Of a DNA stretch of 58,025 nucleotides, positions 25,517 to 33,796 are shown in pieces; the stretch's first letter is position 1; the number at the start of each line of letters is the position of its first letter. This stretch comes from an uncultured Bdellovibrionales bacterium. Lineage in GTDB: Bacteria > Patescibacteriota > Minisyncoccia > Moranbacterales > JAKLHP01. Location: positions 1 to 58,025 of the forward strand of contig CAYTRS010000001.1 of NCBI GenBank assembly GCA_964440305.1, read 5' to 3'. The position numbers and the translations under genes were made by a program. The notes below the pieces were generated by a model. It was given only the letters and a program-made list of their open reading frames with translations. It did not search any database and was not told where the DNA came from.

Positions 25517-25622
25517 ATTAAAAATTCAAAATGCAAAGTTAAAAATCAAGGTGTCCAAGGCGGACTTACAAATTTATATTCGTGTCATTCGTATGCAAAT
25601 TCGTGTCATTCGTATCGCTATT
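25517..25622 (+). repeat. Composite intergenic element, copy D (full length, archetype)
   Basis: attaaaaattcaaaatgcaaagttaaaaatcaaGGTGTCCAAGGCGGACTTACAaatttatattcgtgtcattcgtatgcaaattcgtgtcattcgtatcgctatt. Core at 25550-25570. Confidence 0.8.
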
Positions 25623-26543
25623 TTACTTCTTATTTTTTTGTCTTGTGGAAATCCCACTCTCGCTTTTTGGAATGGGGATGAAGAATTGGATTTTGAATCG
25701 GGAAATAAAAAAGTGACTGTTTGCGACGAAGGAATATGTGGAGAAATTGCGAATAAGGATTCTGGGACAGTCGAGGAGTTTTTGGAAAAAGAAAAAATAG
25801 ATCTGGGCGAAAAAGACATTATTTTTCCGGCAAAGGGAGAAAAGCTGTATTCCGGAGGAAAAATAATAATTGAAAGGGCAAAAAAAGTAAGCATTCTTTC
25901 TGACGGAAAAAAAACTGAAAAATATGTTTTCGGAAGGGTTGTAAGGGAGGCGCTAATGGAAAGCGAGATAGCTTTAGGAGAAGATGATATATCCCATCCT
26001 TCCCTAGAATCTCCGATTTACGGAGAGACTAAAATTGAAGTTATTCGGGTAGATATAAGGGAGGAAATGGTAAATAGGGACATAGCCTTTAATAAAATAG
26101 TGACGCAGGACGACAAGATGAGCTGGCGGGAGAAAAAAATCAAGCAGAAGGGAGTAAAAGGAATAGAAGAAATAAAATACAAGGTTGTTTCGCACAATGG
26201 AAAAGAAATTTCCCGTAAAGTTATGACAAAGAGAATTGCCAAAGATCCGGTGGAAGAAATTTCAGTGGAAGGAACCTATGTAAAAGTCGGAAAGACACAC
26301 AAGGGTCTGGGAACTTGGTATGCTTTCAAAGGCGGGCTGTTTGCGGCTAATCCTTGGCTTCCGATGGGAAGCTATGTTAGAGTTACCAACAAAGAAAATG
26401 GAAAATCGGTAATTGTCCAAATCAACGACCGCGGACCATTCGGTCCGGGGAGAATAATAGACTTGGATAAAGTCGCTTTTGAAAAAATTGCCAGCATTGG
26501 CGCGGGAGTGATTGACGTTAAGATGGAAGAAATACTTAATTAG
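25593..26543 (+). CDS. YabE/RpfB-like cell-wall protein: 2x DUF348-like + G5 + RlpA-like double-psi beta-barrel domain
   Basis: G5-like segment (KKIKQKGVKGIEEIKYKVVSHNGKEISRKV) and C-terminal GLGTWYAF...MGSYVRVTNKENGKSVIVQINDRGPFGPGRIIDLDKVAFEKIA (RlpA/3D-type DPBB). The start is uncertain. ATG 25593 lies inside repeat D. The 25479 start overlaps comM and was rejected. Confidence 0.65.
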   Translation: MQIRVIRIAILLLIFLSCGNPTLAFWNGDEELDFESGNKKVTVCDEGICGEIANKDSGTVEEFLEKEKIDLGEKDIIFPAKGEKLYSGGKIIIERAKKVSILSDGKKTEKYVFGRVVREALMESEIALGEDDISHPSLESPIYGETKIEVIRVDIREEMVNRDIAFNKIVTQDDKMSWREKKIKQKGVKGIEEIKYKVVSHNGKEISRKVMTKRIAKDPVEEISVEGTYVKVGKTHKGLGTWYAFKGGLFAANPWLPMGSYVRVTNKENGKSVIVQINDRGPFGPGRIIDLDKVAFEKIASIGAGVIDVKMEEILN

Positions 26544-26628
26544 CTCGTGGCTTGTAGTTTTTAGCTTGTAGATTAAATTATCTGTTAATCTAAGAAGCTA
26601 ACCAGCTACAAGCTAATAAGCTAAAAAT
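26544..26628. repeat. Nested inverted/direct repeats built from the words GCTTGTAG / AGCTA
   Basis: 11-bp perfect IR ttagcttgtag (26561-26571) / ctacaagctaa (26606-26616). Inner 8-bp IR tagattaa (26569-26576) / ttaatcta (26585-26592). AGCTA occurs 4 times on the 3' side. Confidence 0.7.
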
Positions 26629-27474
26629 ATGAGAATAAAGAAATCTTTAGGGCAAAATTTCCTGAAAGATTTTCAAGTAGTCAAAAAAATTATTGAAGCG
26701 GCGGATTTGAATTCTTCTGATATTGTTTTAGAAATTGGTCCGGGAACGGGGGTTTTGACCGAAGAACTCGCAAAAAAAGCGGGAAGAGTTATTGCGGTTG
26801 AAATTGACGAGAACCTAGCTAACCTTCTCAGGGATAAATTTAAGAATTCAAGCAATATTGATATAGTAAACGAAAATATTTTGGATTTGCAAATCCAAAG
26901 TTCAAATTTCAAATTCCAAACCAAATCCAAAGCTCAAAATCCAAAAAATATACATAATAGCTGCTACACTATACCTGATACTAAATATAAAATTGTGGCA
27001 AATCTGCCATATTATATCACTTCTCCGATTATTCGGATGTTTTTGGAAAGCGAAAATCCGCCAAGCGAAATGATTCTTATGGTGCAGAAAGAAGTGGCGG
27101 AAAGAATTGTGGCAAATCCTGGAAAAATGAGCATTTTGGCTGTTTCGGTGCAATATTACGCAAAGCCCGAACTTCTTTTTACTGTCAGCAGGAAGTATTT
27201 TTATCCGATTCCGGAAGTGGATAGTGCGGTTATTAGAATTGTGACAAGCGAACCGAAATACGTGACAGGTGATGAGGGGAAGAAATTTTTCAGAGTTGTG
27301 CGGGCGGGATTTTGCGCCAAAAGAAAAACGCTGGCGAACAATTTGTCCAATAGTTTTCATTTGGAAAAAAAAGAAGTTGAGAAAATATTGGAAGGAGCGG
27401 GGTTTTCAAGGAACGTCAGAGCTCAGGAGCTATGCGTAGAAGATTGGAAAAAATTATATAATTGCTTTAATTAA
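26629..27474 (+). CDS. rsmA: 16S rRNA (adenine1518/1519-N6)-dimethyltransferase
   Basis: KKSLGQNFL, EIGPGTGVLTEEL, VEID and ANLPYYITSPI motifs. Contains an in-frame low-complexity insertion (~26884-26990). Confidence 0.85.
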   Translation: MRIKKSLGQNFLKDFQVVKKIIEAADLNSSDIVLEIGPGTGVLTEELAKKAGRVIAVEIDENLANLLRDKFKNSSNIDIVNENILDLQIQSSNFKFQTKSKAQNPKNIHNSCYTIPDTKYKIVANLPYYITSPIIRMFLESENPPSEMILMVQKEVAERIVANPGKMSILAVSVQYYAKPELLFTVSRKYFYPIPEVDSAVIRIVTSEPKYVTGDEGKKFFRVVRAGFCAKRKTLANNLSNSFHLEKKEVEKILEGAGFSRNVRAQELCVEDWKKLYNCFN

Positions 27475-29142
27475 TATAATCCCGTAAATTGACACTATTC
27501 CCAATATCCACCAGATAATATTGCGATAATGAATCCGGCTTTTTGCCGGATTTTTTTTTCCGCCAGAGGCGGATCCGTCTTGGGCGGACATATTATTGAC
27601 CAGGAAAAAAGAAATTCCTCCAAAGATAATCGCCCACCAAAAAAGGCCAGGCTCATTGAAAACAAGAACGCTTAAAACAAAAGAAAGGAATATTCCCCCT
27701 CCAGTGATTATTTTTCCCCAGCTTTCTCCAAAAAACACCGGAACAGTATAAACCCCGTCTGATCTGTCTCCCTCAATATCTTTGAAATCCTTGAGGGGAA
27801 GAGAAAAAGTGAAGGCGAAAATCAAGAGCGCGATTATCTTCCAGGGAAGCGCGGAAATGTCCTGGGAAGGATGTACTAGAATAAATCCGGAAAACAATAT
27901 AATAGACGAGGCTAAGGCACTTACGAAAGTTGATATTATGGCAAATCTTTTAAGGCGTAGGGGGAAAGACGAATAGATCCAAGCTATGGCCTGATAAGCG
28001 ACAAGAAACAGGGCGATTTTGAAGTTGACGATGGCGGAAAAAAATATTGCGGATAAAAATAGAATGACTCCTATTGTTTTATATTCCGATTCGTTGAAAA
28101 CATTTCGGGGAAGAGGACGCCAAGAATTTGTCTTTTCGTCTATTTTTTTGTCTTCCAGATCATTGGGGACAACTGAAGCGAGCCAGGAAAACCCGATTGA
28201 TTCCAAGAGTATTATTATTGAAATTATATTAAAAAAAGTTAGCTGGCTGATAATCAACGCTTCTAAGTTTCCGCCTTTTTGTAAAAGAAATCCTAAGCCG
28301 ATTCCCACGAAAAAAAGCCCGCCGTGATAAACAAGCTGCGGAGGACGGGAATTCTTAAGAAATCCAATCAGCTTTTCCTTGAAATAAAAATAAAGGGCAA
28401 GAAAAATTATAATAGAAACGACTAGAGAATAAACTAGGCTCATTTTAACATTTAGTGAGCTCGGAATATCCAAAATTCCCCGATAAAATATTGAAGTGGG
28501 AGAAAGGAACATTTGCGCTACATCAACTTCAGAAATACCGAAAAATCCCTTTTCAAGTCCCTTCGCGAGAATGGTCACATAGGAAGGGAAAGTACCTAAA
28601 ATAAAAAGAACAAAATATGACAACACTGCAACAAATACGGAATTTATAAATTTGTTGCTTTTAGCTAGAACATAAATAAAAATCAGCATTATTACCAAGG
28701 CTACTTCTATCCTTACTCCGTAAGTGATTCCGATTTCTGGCGTGCTTCCGAAAAAAGTGAGGAATCTTTGAAAAAGCCCGGCTAATCCGTCAAACTCATA
28801 AAAACTCCAAAAGCCTTCCCCTTTTGAAATAATATGGTCAAAAATCGGGGGAGTGAGGATTATGAGATATCCCCAAAGAAGGACATTGGAGATTTTTCCA
28901 AAGTTCTCCCCGGTAAATTTTCTTATAATTCCCAGAAAAAGCAAATAAGCGATTAGAAAAAAAAGAAAAGTATGTGAAAACTCATAAAAAATGAAAATTC
29001 CCGGGCGATTTTTGAAATCACCCAGCCAATTTTCAATCAGGATTCGAAAAATAATAATAGCCAAAAAGGAAGTCACCCAGATTTTGAAGTTAATCGGCTC
29101 GTTTTCGATGCCATTTATAGCCCTTTTGATCAGCTTAACCAT
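27454..29142 (-). CDS. UbiA-family prenyltransferase domain fused to a ~300-aa polytopic N-terminal extension
   Basis: C-terminal half carries NDLEDKKIDE (NDxxDxxxD) and DFKDIEGDRSDG (DxxDxxxD) motifs. The whole protein is polytopic. Confidence 0.65.
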   Translation of the reverse strand: MVKLIKRAINGIENEPINFKIWVTSFLAIIIFRILIENWLGDFKNRPGIFIFYEFSHTFLFFLIAYLLFLGIIRKFTGENFGKISNVLLWGYLIILTPPIFDHIISKGEGFWSFYEFDGLAGLFQRFLTFFGSTPEIGITYGVRIEVALVIMLIFIYVLAKSNKFINSVFVAVLSYFVLFILGTFPSYVTILAKGLEKGFFGISEVDVAQMFLSPTSIFYRGILDIPSSLNVKMSLVYSLVVSIIIFLALYFYFKEKLIGFLKNSRPPQLVYHGGLFFVGIGLGFLLQKGGNLEALIISQLTFFNIISIIILLESIGFSWLASVVPNDLEDKKIDEKTNSWRPLPRNVFNESEYKTIGVILFLSAIFFSAIVNFKIALFLVAYQAIAWIYSSFPLRLKRFAIISTFVSALASSIILFSGFILVHPSQDISALPWKIIALLIFAFTFSLPLKDFKDIEGDRSDGVYTVPVFFGESWGKIITGGGIFLSFVLSVLVFNEPGLFWWAIIFGGISFFLVNNMSAQDGSASGGKKNPAKSRIHYRNIIWWILGIVSIYGIILIKAII

Positions 29143-29231
29143 ATTTTAAATGTAGCATAATTGCCGTTTTTGGGAAGTTTAGTCCCGATTCCTGAATTAT
29201 GCTAAAATAAGAAAGTTAAACAAGAACGGAT

Positions 29232-29293
29232 AAAAATTTTCTTTTTTTCTTGTCTGCGCTAGGGCTTCGAAGCCCGAAAAAAAGAAAATTTTT
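29232..29293. repeat. 62-nt compound palindrome in a divergent intergenic region
   Basis: 18-bp perfect inverted repeat aaaaattttctttttttc (29232-29249) / gaaaaaaagaaaattttt (29276-29293). It encloses a 14-nt perfect palindrome gggcttcgaagccc (29262-29275). Confidence 0.75.
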
Positions 29294-29326
29294 TATACAA
29301 TTAAGCTAAATTTTATCAAAATTCAA

Positions 29327-31504
29327 ATGTCTGAAATTTTAACTCACCTGAATCCAAAACAAAGAGAGGCCGTGGAAGCAATAGAAGGTCCGCTTTTGAT
29401 TATTGCTGGCGCGGGAAGCGGAAAAACCCGTACGCTGACCCACCGAGTGGCTTACCTCATAAGAGAAAAGGGAATTAATCCTTTGAATATTTTGGCAGTC
29501 ACCTTTACCAACAAGGCGGCCGGAGAAATGAAAGAAAGAGTAGAAAAACTGTTGCAGGAAGGGGAAAAAATATCCCGTAATATTCCGCTAGTGGGAACCT
29601 TCCACAGTATCTGCGCAAGAATTCTGCGCAGAGAAATAGAAATTTTGGGCTATGGAAAATCCTTCAATATAATAGACGACCGCGACCAGGCAGTGCTGAT
29701 GAAGAAAATAATCAAGAAGTTAGAACTTAATCCGGACCAGTTCCATCCCAATGCATTCATAAATTCAATCGGCAAGGCCAAAAACGAACTCAAGAGCCCA
29801 GAAGATTATGTGAGGGAATCCGGGGGATTTTATGAGGATATAACTGCGAAAGTATATTTTGCTTATCAAAAGGAGCTGAAAGACAGCAATTCTTTGGATT
29901 TTGACGATCTCATCTGCCTGACTGTGAAAATTTTCCGAGATTTTCCCGAAATTTTAGAAAAATACCAGAATCGTTTCCGCTATATCCTGGTTGACGAATA
30001 TCAGGACACGAATCATTCCCAATATGTTTTCATAAATCTCTTGGCAAAAAAGCACCGTAATTTGTGCGTTGTGGGGGACGACTGGCAGTCGATATACGGC
30101 TGGCGACAGGCGGATATTCGCAACATTTTGAATTTTGAAAAAGATTATCCGGAAGCGAAAGTGATTGCATTGGAACAGAACTACCGATCCACCCAGATAA
30201 TCCTTGATGCGGCTTACTCGGTGATATCCAAGAACGTCTACCGTAAAGACAAGAAGCTATGGACGGAAAACAAAGAAGAGCACCTGATTTCTTCCTATGA
30301 AGCGGACGATGAGATTGATGAAGCGGAATTCGTGGCGAATGAAATCCAAAAATTAATTCAGGAAGAGAAAAGGTTTTCTTACCGAGATTTTGTAGTGCTT
30401 TACCGCACTAATGCCCAATCTAGAGTTTTGGAAGAAATTTTTCTGAAGCATTCCCTTCCATATCGAATTATTGGGGGAACAAAATTCTACCAAAGAAAAG
30501 AAGTGAAGGATATGGTCGCATATCTTCGTATTATACAGAACCCGAACGATTGCTTGGCGCTGGAAAGGATAATGAATGAACAAAAAAAAGGAATCGGAGA
30601 AAAAACCGTTGCTAGCTGGATCTTCTTCGCTAAAGAAAAAAATACTGACCTTATTTCTGCCGGTATCAAGCTTAGTCAGGAAAAAATTCTCAAAGGAAAA
30701 TCGGAGAGTATTGCCAAATTCTGCGATTTCATCCAAAGGATGAACGAGGCAAAAGAAAGAATCAAACTTTCCGATTTTATTGAGAAAGTGTTCCGTGAAA
30801 GCGGATATGAAAAAGAGCTCTTGGACGGCTCGACCGAAGGTGAAATGCGCTGGGAAAATGTTCGGGAGCTTATTACTGTCGCCCAAAAATATGACATTGA
30901 CGAGGAAACAGCTATAGCCAAAGCGCTTGATTTGTTTCTGGAAGAGGTGGCACTGGCTTCGGACACGGACAAAATCAGCCAAGACAAGAACTCAGTGCAT
31001 CTTATGACGCTGCACAGTGCTAAGGGGCTGGAATTTCCGGTAGTTTTCATAGTTGGATTGGAAGAAGGGCTTTTCCCGCACTCCAGAAGTGTGATGGACG
31101 CTTTGGAAATGGAGGAAGAAAGGCGGCTGATGTATGTAGGCGTAACCAGATCGAAGGAAAAAGTCTATTTAGTTTTCGCCAACCAGCGCAATATTTTCGG
31201 ATCCACCCAGGTCAATGCCCCTTCAAGGTTTTTGGACGATATTCCAACGCATCTGATGGTAAAAAGTGAGAAGCCAGAAATAAAAAGTAAAATGTATGGA
31301 AGTTTTAATAAATACAAAAAAGGAACACCGGATACAAAATACATAATACATAATACTAATTTTAAGGACGGCGATCGAGTAAAACACGAAGTTTTCGGGG
31401 AGGGGATTGTAGTTTCAGTCGCGGGCGATGTGGTGGTCGTCGCTTTCCGGGGAAAGGGCATCAAGAAATTTTCCTTGGATTTCGCGCCAATTAAAAAAAT
31501 CTAG
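29327..31504 (+). CDS. pcrA: ATP-dependent DNA helicase PcrA/UvrD
   Basis: LNPKQREAV, AGAGSGKTRTLTHR, ILAVTFTNKAAGEM, ILVDEYQDTN, LEQNYRST, VMTLHSAKGLEF and YVGVTRSK, the full set of SF1 UvrD motifs. Confidence 0.88.
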   Translation: MSEILTHLNPKQREAVEAIEGPLLIIAGAGSGKTRTLTHRVAYLIREKGINPLNILAVTFTNKAAGEMKERVEKLLQEGEKISRNIPLVGTFHSICARILRREIEILGYGKSFNIIDDRDQAVLMKKIIKKLELNPDQFHPNAFINSIGKAKNELKSPEDYVRESGGFYEDITAKVYFAYQKELKDSNSLDFDDLICLTVKIFRDFPEILEKYQNRFRYILVDEYQDTNHSQYVFINLLAKKHRNLCVVGDDWQSIYGWRQADIRNILNFEKDYPEAKVIALEQNYRSTQIILDAAYSVISKNVYRKDKKLWTENKEEHLISSYEADDEIDEAEFVANEIQKLIQEEKRFSYRDFVVLYRTNAQSRVLEEIFLKHSLPYRIIGGTKFYQRKEVKDMVAYLRIIQNPNDCLALERIMNEQKKGIGEKTVASWIFFAKEKNTDLISAGIKLSQEKILKGKSESIAKFCDFIQRMNEAKERIKLSDFIEKVFRESGYEKELLDGSTEGEMRWENVRELITVAQKYDIDEETAIAKALDLFLEEVALASDTDKISQDKNSVHLMTLHSAKGLEFPVVFIVGLEEGLFPHSRSVMDALEMEEERRLMYVGVTRSKEKVYLVFANQRNIFGSTQVNAPSRFLDDIPTHLMVKSEKPEIKSKMYGSFNKYKKGTPDTKYIIHNTNFKDGDRVKHEVFGEGIVVSVAGDVVVVAFRGKGIKKFSLDFAPIKKI

Positions 31505-31659
31505 TCTTTATATGCGGCAAACAATTTTTCTCCAAATCAGACCGCGTATCAGTAAAGAGGTTTCCTTACTAAACCATGATAATCTAAGTTAAAGGGTATA
31601 AAGCTTAGTGCTGGCTACGAGATTTCTCAAAAAATTTTTTACTGCGTAATTTAATTCAG

Positions 31660-32493
31660 GTGGATACATTTCTTTATTTATATCAAAACCTTCCCCGATA
31701 TATTGATCCGGTCGCTTTCAACATGGGTCCGTTTCCGATACGCTGGTATTCTTTGATGTATATCATCGCGTTTTTAGCGGTTTATCTTCTGATTTTATAT
31801 CGGATCCGAAAAAAAGAAGGAACTTATGCGAAGGATTTTTTAGAGAATATTTTTTTAGTTTCTTTTATGGGGCTGTTGATCGGGGCCAGACTTGGATACG
31901 TGTTTTTTTATGATCCGGATTATTTTCTCAAAAATCCGCTGGCTGTCGTTTACCCTTTTAATCCGGAAAACGGGGAATTTTCAGGAATTTTCGGAATGAG
32001 CTATCATGGGGGGCTCATTGGGGTTGTTTTGACTTCTTGGATTTATACTCGACTTCAGGGCGTTAGTTTCCTGAAACTTGCCAATTTTATTGCGCCGGCA
32101 GTTCCAGCCGGATATTTTTTCGGAAGAATAGGGAATTTCTTGAATGGCGAGCTGTTCGGAAAAATTACCGAGAGCCCTTGGGGAATGCATTTCGGATCGG
32201 ATAAGTTTCTTCGCTACCCTAATCAGCTCTGCGAGGCTTTTTTTGAAGGCATTATCCTTTTTGTTTTACTCTGGAGATTGCGGAATCATTCAAAGTTTAA
32301 GGATAAAATGCTTTTCAGCTACCTTCTGGGGTATGGCATCTTCCGCTTTTTGCTTGATTTCGGAAGGGAAGGCCCTGAAAAGTCACTTCTCGGATTTTTG
32401 GAAATAAGCCAGCTGCTGTCATTTGGCATGGCAATTATTGGGCTATTTTTCCTGCTTTTCTCGAGGTTTGTGATAAGTAGAAAAATGAGCTAG
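31660..32493 (+). CDS. lgt: Prolipoprotein diacylglyceryl transferase
   Basis: IRWYSLMYIIAF, HGGLIGV and the GRIGNFLNGELFG signature. GTG start. Confidence 0.85.
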   Translation: MDTFLYLYQNLPRYIDPVAFNMGPFPIRWYSLMYIIAFLAVYLLILYRIRKKEGTYAKDFLENIFLVSFMGLLIGARLGYVFFYDPDYFLKNPLAVVYPFNPENGEFSGIFGMSYHGGLIGVVLTSWIYTRLQGVSFLKLANFIAPAVPAGYFFGRIGNFLNGELFGKITESPWGMHFGSDKFLRYPNQLCEAFFEGIILFVLLWRLRNHSKFKDKMLFSYLLGYGIFRFLLDFGREGPEKSLLGFLEISQLLSFGMAIIGLFFLLFSRFVISRKMS

Positions 32494-32526
32494 AATAGTT
32501 AATAGTAAAAGTAAAGTTTTTGGCAA

Positions 32527-33678
32527 ATGGGTATGACTAACAATAAAAAAGAAATTTCACCGAATATCTTCAAGGGACTCTTAATCGGGCCTTCAAAGCA
32601 TTCAAAGAGATCCCTGTCTCTGCTTAAAGAGTCCTTTTTTATCAAGGAACAAGAGAAGACTCAAAAAATTATCGGCCAGGAAATCGCTAGAGTTAAAAAA
32701 CTTTCCTATCTCAAAAAAAATCCCATACTTTTTTTTCGAGGCGGGAAAACGGATAAATTCTTTACCGAAGATTCAAAATTATATATCACTCCCAAAGAGC
32801 AGGAGCTACTTGAAAGAGGAACGGCTCTAAACAGGAATTTCGGTTTTGACAGCTTAAGCGCGAAAATAATAAGGAGTTATGTTGCCCATCGTTCTCAAAG
32901 CAAAGCAGATTTCCTATTGGATAGCCTTGAAGAAAAATTTTTCCGATTGCAAAAGCTGACAAGGAAAAAGTCAAAGAATTTTACCGAAAGCATTACCCTT
33001 GCAAAAGCCTGGAATTTTTCCATTGTCGGTGCGATTCTTCTGGGAATGTTTTCCATGGCGCTTATTTATCGTTATTTGGGAACTGGGGCTTCCGCGACAG
33101 ATCAGCAGTTGTCAGCCAGCCATCACAAGCAGGAACTGATGCGGGAAGGTAAGGTTTTAGGAGCGGAAACGGAGAAAAGCAAAAAGGAGGCGACGGACGA
33201 AGAAAATCTGGCATATCTCGAAGCAATGGTCAGGGCGATGGAAAAAGAAAACAGCAGTGAAAAAATAGAAAAAGAAATCAGAGAAATGGTTAAAGGTTAT
33301 CCAATTGAAAAAATGATTCCGGATATTGCTGAAAAGGATAAGGTTGTGGCAGCTTTTCTCATCAGTATCGCCAAAAAGGAAAGCAATTGGGGCAAGCGGG
33401 TTCCGGTCTTAGACGGCAAAGATTGCTATAATTATTGGGGATATAAGGGAATACGCGAAAAAATGGGAACGGGCGGGCATACCTGCTTTAATAGCCGGAA
33501 GGATGCGGTAGATACGGTAGCCAAGCGCTTAGAAACCCTTATTAAAAAGGAAAAATTGGACACGCCAGCGGAGCTTATTGTCTGGAAGTGCGGCTCGTCC
33601 TGCGCGGGTCACAGTAGATATGATGTTCAAAAGTGGATTAGCGACGTAAATCTCTATTTTAAAGAATTGAATAACTGA
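32527..33678 (+). CDS. Membrane-anchored protein with C-terminal 4-Cys 'KKESNWG/CYNYWGY/WKCG' domain (paralog 1)
   Basis: ~165-aa cytoplasmic N-region, one TM (FSIVGAILLGMFSMALIY), and a conserved ~125-aa C-domain shared with 33797-34561 and 56772-57350. Confidence 0.6.
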   Translation: MGMTNNKKEISPNIFKGLLIGPSKHSKRSLSLLKESFFIKEQEKTQKIIGQEIARVKKLSYLKKNPILFFRGGKTDKFFTEDSKLYITPKEQELLERGTALNRNFGFDSLSAKIIRSYVAHRSQSKADFLLDSLEEKFFRLQKLTRKKSKNFTESITLAKAWNFSIVGAILLGMFSMALIYRYLGTGASATDQQLSASHHKQELMREGKVLGAETEKSKKEATDEENLAYLEAMVRAMEKENSSEKIEKEIREMVKGYPIEKMIPDIAEKDKVVAAFLISIAKKESNWGKRVPVLDGKDCYNYWGYKGIREKMGTGGHTCFNSRKDAVDTVAKRLETLIKKEKLDTPAELIVWKCGSSCAGHSRYDVQKWISDVNLYFKELNN

Positions 33679-33692
33679 TATATCCTTTATAT

Positions 33693-33723
33693 AAGCCAAA
33701 ATATGATTTATTTCGGCTTTTTT
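33693..33723 (+). terminator. Putative rho-independent terminator
   Basis: aagccaaaatatgatttatttcggctt hairpin (one mismatch) followed by TTTTT. Confidence 0.45.
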
Positions 33724-33725
33724 AG

Positions 33726-33754
33726 TTGACTAAAATTGTAAAATATGCTATCCT
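33726..33754 (+). promoter_or_regulatory. Putative promoter TTGACT-17-TGcTATCCT
   Basis: Same architecture (TTGACn, 17-nt spacer ending in TGC, TA...T hexamer) as the promoter at 14464. Lies 40 nt upstream of ATG 33797. Confidence 0.45.
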
Positions 33755-33796
33755 GTTCTGTTTGGCTAGGATGAGGTAAATTTTTAAGGATAAAAT

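Noticed and set aside
12246-25622. Whether the recurrent 21-nt core and word arrays form a CRISPR array.
   Set aside because: The copies are kilobases apart and separated by genes. There is no regular repeat-spacer periodicity and no cas genes.
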